Origin: an uncultured Thermoplasmatales archaeon
GTDB taxonomy: Archaea; Thermoplasmatota; Penumbrarchaeia; Penumbrarchaeales; Penumbrarchaeaceae
Assembly (NCBI GenBank): GCA_964563055.1
Contig: CAZLVP010000011.1
Span: forward strand, 4,367 to 68,366
Direction: 5' to 3'
Length of the DNA stretch: 64,000 nt
Position numbers and translations under genes: made by a program. Shown here in pieces: positions 17,349-25,865 of this stretch. Positions within the stretch are counted from its first letter, which is position 1. Each line of letters starts with the position of its first letter. The notes under the pieces were generated by a model that searched no databases, was not told where the DNA came from, and worked only from the letters and a program-made list of their open reading frames with translations.

Positions 17349-18488
17349 TCAAAGCCCTAGCCTCTTCGCAATGACCATTCTCTGCACCTCGGAGGTCCCC
17401 TCACCTATGGTATATAGCTTTGAATCCCTGAAGAAACGTTCCACCGCATATTCCTTAGTGTAACCATAGCCCCCATGTATCTGGACCGCATCCACAGCGG
17501 CCTTGACGCATACCTCGGAGGCGAAGAGCTTCGCCATGGACGCTTCTTTGGAGAATGGCTCACCCATTTCTTCCAACCATGCCGCTCTCATTACAAGGAG
17601 CCTTGCGGCATCTATTTCGGTCGCCATGTCAGCAAGCTTCCATTGGATGGCCTGAAAGCTCGATATGGGCTTCCCGAACTGGACACGCTGCTTGGTGTAG
17701 GAAAGGCATTCGTCCAGTGCTCCCTGTGCGAGACCGACCGAGAGCGCTCCTATGGCTGTCCTGCCCCTATCAAGGATTGACATCGCTCCCGTGAACCCCT
17801 TCCCGGGCTCACCTACCATGTTCTCTGCCGGGACCCTGCAGTCCTCAAGGAATATCTCGGACGTTATGGAACCTCTCATTCCAAGCTTGTCCTCCTCAAC
17901 TCCGAGCTTTAGGCCCGGATTGCCTTTTTCCACAATGAAGGCGCTTATGCCTTTGACCCCTTTGGTCGGATCGGTCTTTGCCATTACGGTGAACACCTCG
18001 GCGACATGGCCGCTCGTTATGAACTGCTTGGAACCGTTCAAGAGCCAACCGTCACCGTCAGGCACGGCCATCGTCTGAAGCGAACCGGCATCCGACCCTG
18101 CGTTAGGCTCGGTCAGGGCCCAAGCGGCAAGGGCCTCCCCGCTCGTGAGCCTAGGAAGGTATTTCTTTCTCTGCATCTCGTTACCAAGTTCATAGATATG
18201 ACCAACACCCAGCGTATTGTGGGCTTCGACGGTCAATCCTACGGATGCGGAGACCCTACCTATCTCCTCAAGGACCAGGTTGTAGCTTATTCGGTCCAAT
18301 CCTGAACCACCGTACTCCCTGGGGACGGTCATTCCCATCAGGCCCATAGACCCCATCTTCCTGACGAGCTCCATGTCGAAGGTCCCTTCCTTATCGATCT
18401 TAGCGGCAATGGGTCTTACCTCGCGCTCCGAGAACTCCCTGACCACCTGTCTGAGCATCCGCTGTTCTTCTGTCAGTGCAAAATCCAT
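17349..18488 (-). CDS. Acyl-CoA dehydrogenase (short/branched-chain type)
   Basis: MDFALTEEQRMLR start, TEPNAGSDAGSLQT, and C-terminal IHGGYGYTKEYAVERFFRDSKLYTIGEGTSEVQR. Start trimmed to ATG 18488. Confidence 0.9.
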   Translation of the reverse strand: MDFALTEEQRMLRQVVREFSEREVRPIAAKIDKEGTFDMELVRKMGSMGLMGMTVPREYGGSGLDRISYNLVLEEIGRVSASVGLTVEAHNTLGVGHIYELGNEMQRKKYLPRLTSGEALAAWALTEPNAGSDAGSLQTMAVPDGDGWLLNGSKQFITSGHVAEVFTVMAKTDPTKGVKGISAFIVEKGNPGLKLGVEEDKLGMRGSITSEIFLEDCRVPAENMVGEPGKGFTGAMSILDRGRTAIGALSVGLAQGALDECLSYTKQRVQFGKPISSFQAIQWKLADMATEIDAARLLVMRAAWLEEMGEPFSKEASMAKLFASEVCVKAAVDAVQIHGGYGYTKEYAVERFFRDSKLYTIGEGTSEVQRMVIAKRLGL

Positions 18489-18583
18489 GTCAAGCCACCT
18501 GCCTGGGGAAATCAACTGATTATATATGGAACTTTCTTGGTACCAACTGACGGTCCGTCCTGGTAAGAATCATTTATATTTAC

Positions 18584-19582
18584 GTGTTCGATGAGGTGTC
18601 GGGTTCTCATATGCTCGAATCTGGAAAGGGCGAGCTTCTAAGCTCATGCACGGCCGAGGACATCCGCGAGTGGAACAAGAACCACAAGGAGAGGGGGCTG
18701 AAGGACAAGATGACGACCCCCGCTGCGGCCGTTGAGAAGTACGTTAAGGATGGCTGCTACCTCGCCATTGGCGGGTTCGGACACATCAGGATCTCGATGC
18801 CAATGATCTATGAGATGGTACGGCGCAAGGTCAAGCATCTAAGGGTCTCTGGGCATACCGCCGTTCACGACCTTGATATACTGTTGGCCGGGGACTGCGT
18901 TGATGCCGTTGACGTCGCTTACTCGTTCGGTTACGAGAACAGGGGATTGTCCAAGAACGGCAGGAGGGCCGTTGAATCTGGAAGGGTCAAATGCGTCGAA
19001 TGGTCCAATGGTGCACTCTCATGGAGGTTGAAGGCCGCTGCCATGGGACTACCGTTCCTCCCATCAAGGAACCTCCTGGGTTCAGATACGTTCAATTACA
19101 GCGCCGCTAGGACCATCGAATGTCCCTTCACTGGTCAGAAGCTGACGGCCCTGCCAGCCCTCATGCCCGATGTATCGATAATCCATGCACATTATGCTGA
19201 CAAGTTCGGAAACTGCATAATCAGGGGGACCTCTGTAAAGGACGATGACCTTGCCAAGGCCTCAAAACGGGTCATAGTCACTGCAGAGAAGATCGTCCCG
19301 GAGTCCTTCTTCAGGGAGAACCCTGAAAGAACGACCATACCCTTCTTCTGTGTGGATGCCGTCATAGAGGCGCCCTACGGCAGCCACCCTGGGAACATGC
19401 CTTTCGAGTACTATTTCGATGAGCCACACATCCGGGAATATCTTAAGGCAGGCTCGAGCGATGAGGCAGTGAAGGCCTACCTAGATAAATGGGTCTATTC
19501 GGTAAAGGATTTCGAAGGATACCTTGACCTTGTCGGTATCAAGAAATTGCACGAGCTCAGACGCCTGGAGGAACTCAGATGA
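18584..19582 (+). CDS. CoA-transferase subunit A (glutaconate-CoA-transferase GctA-like)
   Basis: AVEKYVKDGCYLAIGGFG... and a WSNGALSWRLKAAAMGLPFLP pattern typical of family I CoA-transferase alpha subunits. Translationally coupled to subunit B (ATGA overlap). Confidence 0.75.
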   Translation: MFDEVSGSHMLESGKGELLSSCTAEDIREWNKNHKERGLKDKMTTPAAAVEKYVKDGCYLAIGGFGHIRISMPMIYEMVRRKVKHLRVSGHTAVHDLDILLAGDCVDAVDVAYSFGYENRGLSKNGRRAVESGRVKCVEWSNGALSWRLKAAAMGLPFLPSRNLLGSDTFNYSAARTIECPFTGQKLTALPALMPDVSIIHAHYADKFGNCIIRGTSVKDDDLAKASKRVIVTAEKIVPESFFRENPERTTIPFFCVDAVIEAPYGSHPGNMPFEYYFDEPHIREYLKAGSSDEAVKAYLDKWVYSVKDFEGYLDLVGIKKLHELRRLEELR

Positions 19583-20343
19583 CCACTTACACACCCATAG
19601 AGCTCATGGCATGCGTTGCGTCCCACCAGCTGGAGGACGGGAAGATAGTAGGGGTTGGGACGGGGTTACCTATGATAGCAGGGCTCCTTGCCCAGAAGAC
19701 ACATGCGCCGAACCTCATAATCTTCTTCGAAGCTGGGAGCATGGCACCCATAGTCCCCACATTACCTATATCGGTCGGGGACTCTAGATGTGTCCACAAG
19801 GCACTGGCAGCCACCGGTCTTGCGGGCATAATGGAGACCGGTCAGAGAGGGATGATAGACTATGCTTTCCTTGGTGGGGCCGAGGTCGATATGTATGGCA
19901 ATCTGAACTCGACCGTGATAGGGGACCATGATAATCCTATCACCAGGTTGCCGGGGTCTGGAGGGGCGAACGATTTCGGGTCGCTCGCATGGAGGACCAT
20001 AATCATTGCAAGGCACGACAAGGCGAAGCTGCCTCCCCGCGTCAGTTTCATAACTACACCTGGCTACATAGACGGGCCTGGGGCCAGGGAGAGAGCGGGT
20101 CTTCCTATTGGCACTGGGCCATACAAGGTCATAACTAACCTGGCACTGATGGGCTTTGACGAGAAGACGTGCAGGATGAAGCTAATAAGCGTTCATCCGG
20201 GGGTCACCGTTCAGCAGGTCATTGAGAACACAGGGTTCAAGCTCATCATACCGGAGCATGTCCCGACATCCCCAGAGCCCACGGAAGAGGAGCTCCTAAG
20301 GTTGAAGGAGATAGACCCCACCGGAATGATAATAGGGAAATGA
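19579..20343 (+). CDS. CoA-transferase subunit B (GctB-like)
   Basis: ELMACVASHQLEDGKIVGVGTGLP...FFEAGSM...LPGSGGANDF match family I CoA-transferase beta subunits. Confidence 0.75.
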   Translation: MTTYTPIELMACVASHQLEDGKIVGVGTGLPMIAGLLAQKTHAPNLIIFFEAGSMAPIVPTLPISVGDSRCVHKALAATGLAGIMETGQRGMIDYAFLGGAEVDMYGNLNSTVIGDHDNPITRLPGSGGANDFGSLAWRTIIIARHDKAKLPPRVSFITTPGYIDGPGARERAGLPIGTGPYKVITNLALMGFDEKTCRMKLISVHPGVTVQQVIENTGFKLIIPEHVPTSPEPTEEELLRLKEIDPTGMIIGK

Positions 20344-20494
20344 TACCTCAAAGGACCTTTGGACCATTTCAGAATGGAAATGGTTTTTTATGATGACCTT
20401 GTTCACCGTACGGGTCGTCTTTAGTGTCGTTAACCAAAAATTAACGGCTATATGAGAAAACGACCTATGATGTCGATGAGTTAGGGGTGACAAG

Positions 20495-21922
20495 ATGATA
20501 ACTTTCAGCGACAAGCAGCTCAAGATACCCAAGATGTCCAAACCGGTCTATATGGTGACCGGTGGATGTTCAAAGTTCGATAGGTCCATGCCTGATAAGA
20601 GAACTGAAGAACTTTGCATAGATGCCCTGACTGAGGCCGCCCAGTTCATCGGGATGAAACCCAGGGAACTGAAGGAATACATCCATACATGCTATTACGG
20701 CCATTTCGCCGATCATTTCGGGGACCAGCTGCTTGGAGAGGCAGTCATCCATGATAGATTGGGCCTTGACCCTCTTGGGAACATCGGTATCAAAACAGGA
20801 GGGGCGACCGGTGGCTCTACCTTATGGGAGGCCTACAAGACAGTAGCTTCTGGATATTCCGATTGCACCCTTGCAATGGGCTGGGAGAGGATGGACGAGG
20901 TCCCGACCGACGAGGGGAACAATTATATCTCCTGTGCCGCCGATAAAGATTGGGAAACGCCACTTGGGCACATCTACACCGGTTACTATGCGGTCATGGC
21001 TCAAAAATACTGGCAGGTCTATGGCAAGGAGGAGGAGTCCTTCAGGAAGACCATGGCGGAGATAGCTGTCAAGAACCACAACTATGCCGTCATGAACCCC
21101 CATGCCCACGGTGGGATGAGGATCACCGTCGAGGACGTCCTTAAGTCCCCGGTGGTCGCATATCCTCTTCGTGCGCTCGATGCCTGCCTGATGAGCGTCG
21201 GGGCGGCTTGCGCGATAATCTGCGATGAGAAGACCGCATACAAGCTGACCGACACACCTCTCAAGATAGATGTGACTGCAGGGAGCCATACGCTCAGGGT
21301 CGCCTGCAGGAGGGATATGGAGATACCTCTCCTACCTAATGAGACCAAGGAGACATATCGGGAGATCGACAAGCGATTCCCTGGTGGTGAGAGATATCCC
21401 GGCTTCACCGGTTTCCTTGCCGCAAGGATGGCAGCCTACTATGCATACAATATGACTGGCATCCACGATCCAACGGAGGACCTTGACCTCGTCGAACTGC
21501 ATGATGCCTTCACCATAAGCGATATCCAGACCTACGAGGATATTGGGATAAGACCTTATGGCGAGGGAAGGACCTATGTTGAATCCGGAGATTGCTATCT
21601 TACAAATCCCCGCACTGGCGAACCCGGAAAACTCCCCGCTAACCTGTCCGGTGGATTGCTCGGATGCATGCACGCAGTAGGTGCAACGGGTATCATGCAG
21701 GTTGTGGAAGTAGGACAGCATATTTGGAACAGATGGGGCGAGATGCATGGTGATGAGGAAAAGTGGAAGAGGTTCGGAAGGGAGAAACCAAAGGACTGGA
21801 CCGATCTCCAGGTCAAGGGGGCCAAGAGAGGGCTGGCAATAAGCCACGCGGGTGTAGGATCCCATGTGACCTGCACCATCTTGCAGCATCCCGACCATGT
21901 CCTTGAAAGGAGGTGTGCTTGA
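20495..21922 (+). CDS. Thiolase-fold (SCP-x/archaeal thiolase-like) protein; nucleophilic Cys position apparently Gly
   Basis: Overall thiolase pattern is present (AVKNHNYAVMNPHA, PLRALDAC, VELHDAFTISD, NLSGGLLGCMHAVGATG). Where thiolases have V.aaCASGg.A this protein reads IKTGGATGGSTL (nt 20795-20815). Alternative start at ATG 20534. Confidence 0.7.
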   Translation: MITFSDKQLKIPKMSKPVYMVTGGCSKFDRSMPDKRTEELCIDALTEAAQFIGMKPRELKEYIHTCYYGHFADHFGDQLLGEAVIHDRLGLDPLGNIGIKTGGATGGSTLWEAYKTVASGYSDCTLAMGWERMDEVPTDEGNNYISCAADKDWETPLGHIYTGYYAVMAQKYWQVYGKEEESFRKTMAEIAVKNHNYAVMNPHAHGGMRITVEDVLKSPVVAYPLRALDACLMSVGAACAIICDEKTAYKLTDTPLKIDVTAGSHTLRVACRRDMEIPLLPNETKETYREIDKRFPGGERYPGFTGFLAARMAAYYAYNMTGIHDPTEDLDLVELHDAFTISDIQTYEDIGIRPYGEGRTYVESGDCYLTNPRTGEPGKLPANLSGGLLGCMHAVGATGIMQVVEVGQHIWNRWGEMHGDEEKWKRFGREKPKDWTDLQVKGAKRGLAISHAGVGSHVTCTILQHPDHVLERRCA

Positions 21923-22522
21923 ATGGCCAATGAAGAGAAGACCAGGGGAAAGGTCAGGGTCGTCAACAACAGGTACAAGTTCGAGGGTAACTTCCACTAT
22001 CCATCCCCCAACTCTCCGATCTGGGACGATACCGGGAAGCTTCGAGGGGTAACGAATCCCAGGGATATCACCCATGTCCATATGTACGGAGGAGAGGCAG
22101 TGTTCTTCGAGTCGTTGAGCAAAGGGAAGATCATTGCATCACGATGCGATAATGATGACTGTGCCTCCAAGGGGTCCATTTTCATGCCCTTCAGGATACA
22201 CTGCCCCGACTGCCTGATAAAAGCGATACAGGTCGATATCACCGATATTGCCAAGAGGACCGGGAAGATCTACTCTTTCATGATATGCGAAAGGTCGGGG
22301 GCGTTCAACTCCCTACCTAAACCCATCAAATTCATAAATATTGAGTTCGAAGGGGTATGCACGATATTGATGGGATACCTTTCAGTGGGCAATCCAATAA
22401 TGGGATTGAGGGTTGTTCCTATATTCAATACCAAGAAACCAACATTTACCATCCTTGACCTTTCATGGGTCCCGGAGGGTACCAAGAAGAAGGACCTCCC
22501 CAAGAACTTTACCTTCGGATGA
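21923..22522 (+). CDS. DUF35 family Zn-ribbon/OB-fold protein (thiolase partner)
   Basis: CDNDDC...CPDC rubredoxin-like ribbon followed by an OB-like segment (GKIYSFMICE...). It starts one nt after the thiolase-like stop. Confidence 0.7.
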   Translation: MANEEKTRGKVRVVNNRYKFEGNFHYPSPNSPIWDDTGKLRGVTNPRDITHVHMYGGEAVFFESLSKGKIIASRCDNDDCASKGSIFMPFRIHCPDCLIKAIQVDITDIAKRTGKIYSFMICERSGAFNSLPKPIKFINIEFEGVCTILMGYLSVGNPIMGLRVVPIFNTKKPTFTILDLSWVPEGTKKKDLPKNFTFG

Positions 22523-22853
22523 TTGCTTAAAATCTAAAATTCATTGCTCGTTACTGACAGAAGATAGACCTAATAAATAGCTTGAAGCACATATGAAGTT
22601 ATCAGGTTCTTGAGGAATTGGAAAAACAGGGGATATATCCTTGATTACATGACATCGACACGGTATGAAGGTCCTAAGACATCATCTGGCCTCAAATCGC
22701 TCACACCGCAACTTTAAATTAATCCTTCCTCATTTACTCATGCCCTCCCTCCGAGAACACACATCCCATTTTCAAATGAAAGGGACGTCGGTTGCGACCA
22801 TGTCGGGGGGGATGAAGGGCTTTTTTCATCATCCGAAGTACAGGAGGAGTAGA

Positions 22854-23414
22854 ATGATAGAGGTCCGATTTCACGGAAGGGGCGGACAAGGGGCCGTCGT
22901 GGCATCCAGGTTGCTCGCAGATGCAGCGTTCCGGGAGGGCAAGGACGTGCAGGCCTTCCCATATTTCGGTGTGGAGCGGAGGGGAGCCCCGGTCACTGCC
23001 TTCACCAAGATCGACGATAAAAGGATCAGGGACAAGTCCATGATATACGAACCCGATTACGTTGTTGTCCTTGAGCGCTCCCTGCTCCAAGCGGTCAACG
23101 TTATGGAAGGCCTAAGGCCAAACGGTATGGTATTGGTCAACACCGAGGACGCTCCGGAAGCGATAAGGAGGACCATAGATCCCCCCAGGCTCGCGACCGT
23201 CAATGCCACAAAGATAGCCATCTCCAACAAGCTTGGGACCTCCATGCAGCCTATAGTCAACACTGCAATAGTGGGCGCCTTCGCCAAGGCATCGGGTGTG
23301 GTCTCCATCGAATCCGTTGAAGCGGCAATTATGACCCTGCCAAGGTCCCCGGAGAGGAATGCCAAGGCGGCAAGGGAGGCCTACGAAGCGACCAGCAAGT
23401 ACGGGGGTGAATGA
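22854..23414 (+). CDS. porG: 2-oxoacid (pyruvate/2-ketoisovalerate):ferredoxin oxidoreductase gamma subunit
   Basis: [51 protein letters not shown] lies 6 nt upstream of ATG 22854. The longer track ORF (22665) adds a non-homologous N-terminus. Confidence 0.85.
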   Translation: MIEVRFHGRGGQGAVVASRLLADAAFREGKDVQAFPYFGVERRGAPVTAFTKIDDKRIRDKSMIYEPDYVVVLERSLLQAVNVMEGLRPNGMVLVNTEDAPEAIRRTIDPPRLATVNATKIAISNKLGTSMQPIVNTAIVGAFAKASGVVSIESVEAAIMTLPRSPERNAKAAREAYEATSKYGGE

Positions 23415-23686
23415 AGATGCCTCAGACCCTTAACGAGATACCACCGACGCCTATAAACACGGTGAACTCGAAGGTGGTCAAGACCGGTGGATGGAGGGCC
23501 TTCAAACCGGTTTGCGACAACTCCAAATGCATAAAATGCTGGACCTGCTGGAAGTTCTGCCCGGACGTCTCCATAGCCATAAGCGACGAGGGACCTGTTT
23601 ATGATTACGACCACTGCAAGGGCTGCGGGATATGCGCGGCGGAATGCCCGGTCAAGTGCATCCAGATGGTGCCGGAGAACAAATGA
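23411..23686 (+). CDS. porD: 2-oxoacid:ferredoxin oxidoreductase delta subunit (2x[4Fe-4S])
   Basis: [12 protein letters not shown] and [12 protein letters not shown] ferredoxin motifs. Its start overlaps the gamma stop. Confidence 0.85.
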   Translation: MKMPQTLNEIPPTPINTVNSKVVKTGGWRAFKPVCDNSKCIKCWTCWKFCPDVSIAISDEGPVYDYDHCKGCGICAAECPVKCIQMVPENK

Positions 23687-23692
23687 GGTGAG

Positions 23693-24898
23693 ATGATGGT
23701 AAAGGAACTTCTCACGGGGAACAAGGCGACCGCCTACGGGGCGATGTATGCGAGGGCGCAGGTCATAGCAGCCTATCCCATCACCCCTCAGACGACCATT
23801 GTCGAGGAGATAGCTGAGCTCATAGCGGCCAAAAGGCTCCACACGCAATACATGAAGGTCGAATCCGAACACTCAGCCATGGCCGCGTGCGTTGCAGCAT
23901 CCAACACCGGAGCAAGGGCCTTCACCGCGACATCTTCCCACGGGCTCGCCTTAATGCACGAGGTCCTCATGTGGGCCGCGGGAGCAAGGACCCCCGTCGT
24001 CCTTGTCAATGTGAACAGGGCCATGGCACCACCATGGTCCGTTTATGCAGACCACCAGGATGCCATGGCACAGAGGGACACCGGTCTCATACAGTACTGG
24101 TGCGAGAACAACCAGGAGATCTTCGACACGGTCATAACAGCGTTCAAGGTCTCGGAGAACAAGGACGTCCTCCTACCGGCAATGGTGAACCAGGATGCCT
24201 TCTTCCTCTCCCATACCTCTGAACCGGTGGACCTTCCCGACCAGGAGGCGGTCGACCAGTTCCTTCCTCCATTCGATCCGCCGTTCAAGCTCGATGTGGA
24301 CAAGCCCACCGGATTCGGCTCCTTCATAATGCCACCTCAGTACATGGAGTTCAGGGCCCACATGGCAAGGGGCATGGACAATGCCAGGGCCCTCATCAAG
24401 AAGGTCGATAAGGATTGGTTCGAGCTCACCGGCAGGTCCTACGGCGGCATGATGGACATGTACAAGTGCGAGGATGCCGAGCTCATACTCTTCGGTGCAG
24501 GGACCATGATGTCAACGGCAAAGGACGTCGTGGATGAGATGAGGAAGGAAGGTAAGAAGGTCGGTATCGCAAGACTACGTGTGTTCAGACCGTTCCCTGT
24601 TGATGAGGTAAGATATCTTGCGTCCAGGGCAAGGGCAATAGGCATACTGGACAGGACATTCACCTTCGGCTACGGAGGACCTCTCTTCAACGAGGTCAAC
24701 TCCCAGATGTACAACTACAAGAACAGACCGCCTACCAAGAACTACATAATAGGCGTAGGTGGACGGGACGTTAGGAAGAAACATATAAGGGCTCTCTTCA
24801 ACGACCTCGAGAAGGTCGCCAAGGAAGGCTACGGAAAGGAGGGAGAGGTTCACTGGTGGGGATTGCTCGACGGCTCCACTCCGGAGGCGGAGCTCTAA
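23693..24898 (+). CDS. porA: 2-oxoacid:ferredoxin oxidoreductase alpha subunit
   Basis: LLTGNKATAYGAMYARAQVIAAYPITPQT...ESEHSAMAACVAAS..GARAFTATSSHGL is typical of POR/VOR alpha. Confidence 0.85.
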   Translation: MMVKELLTGNKATAYGAMYARAQVIAAYPITPQTTIVEEIAELIAAKRLHTQYMKVESEHSAMAACVAASNTGARAFTATSSHGLALMHEVLMWAAGARTPVVLVNVNRAMAPPWSVYADHQDAMAQRDTGLIQYWCENNQEIFDTVITAFKVSENKDVLLPAMVNQDAFFLSHTSEPVDLPDQEAVDQFLPPFDPPFKLDVDKPTGFGSFIMPPQYMEFRAHMARGMDNARALIKKVDKDWFELTGRSYGGMMDMYKCEDAELILFGAGTMMSTAKDVVDEMRKEGKKVGIARLRVFRPFPVDEVRYLASRARAIGILDRTFTFGYGGPLFNEVNSQMYNYKNRPPTKNYIIGVGGRDVRKKHIRALFNDLEKVAKEGYGKEGEVHWWGLLDGSTPEAEL

Positions 24899-24907
24899 GG
24901 GGGTGCT

Positions 24908-25840
24908 ATGATGGCGAAGCTTACTATCCCGGAAGATGAGATAATGTCCCCAGGGCATATGGGATGCCTTGGATGTGGCGCAACGATGGCCATGAGATAT
25001 GTCCTCAAGGCCTCGGGAAGGAGGACCATGCTCTCCATCCCGGCCTGCTGCTGGGCCGTCATGCCCGGTGTATGGCCCAATACCTGTCTTCAGGTCCCGG
25101 AGCTCTACACGCCCTTCGAGACCACCGGAGCATCGGCGGGTGGCATCAGGGCCGCCCTGGACGCTCTTGGCAAGAAGGACATCAATGTCATAGGGTTCGC
25201 AGGGGACGGGGGCACCGCCGACATAGGCATCCAGGCCCTATCAGGCGCTGCGGACAGGAACGACGACATACTCTACATCATGTACGACAACGAGGCCTAC
25301 ATGAACACGGGGATCCAGCGCTCCGGCTCTACGCCAATAGGCGCTTGGACAACGACCACACCGGTCGGGGAGACCGAGGACTGGGAGAAATCCCCAAAGA
25401 AGGACATGGTCGGGATCATGATAGCCCACAGGATCCCCTACGTCGCAACTGCAACGGTAGGATATCCCGAGGACCTCATCAGGAAAGTAAAGAAAGCCCT
25501 TTCCATCAAGGGGACCAAGTTCATCCAGATCTGGGCCCCCTGTCCGACAGGTTGGAAGATGGAACCAGGCCTCACTGTGAAGATAACCAAGGAGGCCGTT
25601 AGCTGCAGGGCGTTCAACCTCTTCGAGTGGGAGAACGGTGTCTACAAGGTGACCATGAAACCTCCGACCACACCCCTCAAGGACTACCTCTTCAAGCAGG
25701 GAAGGTTCAAGCACTTGCCGGAAGACCTTATCAAGGAGCTGGAAAAGGACCTTCATCTGAAGTACGATGAGCTCCTTGAGATGGAGAAGATGACCACAGC
25801 CAGGGCAGCCGCCAGGGAAGTCAGTAAGACCCAGGGTTGA
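24908..25840 (+). CDS. porB: 2-oxoacid:ferredoxin oxidoreductase beta subunit (TPP-binding)
   Basis: GHMGCLGCGA, GFAGDGGTADIGIQAL, YDNEAYMNTGIQRS are TPP and Fe-S motifs of POR/VOR beta. Confidence 0.85.
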   Translation: MMAKLTIPEDEIMSPGHMGCLGCGATMAMRYVLKASGRRTMLSIPACCWAVMPGVWPNTCLQVPELYTPFETTGASAGGIRAALDALGKKDINVIGFAGDGGTADIGIQALSGAADRNDDILYIMYDNEAYMNTGIQRSGSTPIGAWTTTTPVGETEDWEKSPKKDMVGIMIAHRIPYVATATVGYPEDLIRKVKKALSIKGTKFIQIWAPCPTGWKMEPGLTVKITKEAVSCRAFNLFEWENGVYKVTMKPPTTPLKDYLFKQGRFKHLPEDLIKELEKDLHLKYDELLEMEKMTTARAAAREVSKTQG

Positions 25841-25865
25841 AGACCTGGACCCTCCCAACATCGAG

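Noticed and set aside
20385-20480. AUGAUGA / UGAUGU strings suggestive of C/D-box sRNA boxes, plus a CGTTAA-N7-TTAACG hairpin in the CoA-transferase / thiolase spacer
   Set aside because: No CUGA D or D' boxes lie at the required spacing and there is no terminal stem. More likely this is promoter or 5'-UTR sequence of the thiolase-like gene.
21332-22081. A 249-aa minus-strand ORF, and similar antisense or alternate-frame ORFs (14937-15533, 24964-25602, 25241-25978, 27198-27998, 33663-34265, 59424-60131)
   Set aside because: All lie inside genes with clear family motifs in another frame or strand. They have biased composition and no start or RBS context, so they are treated as spurious.
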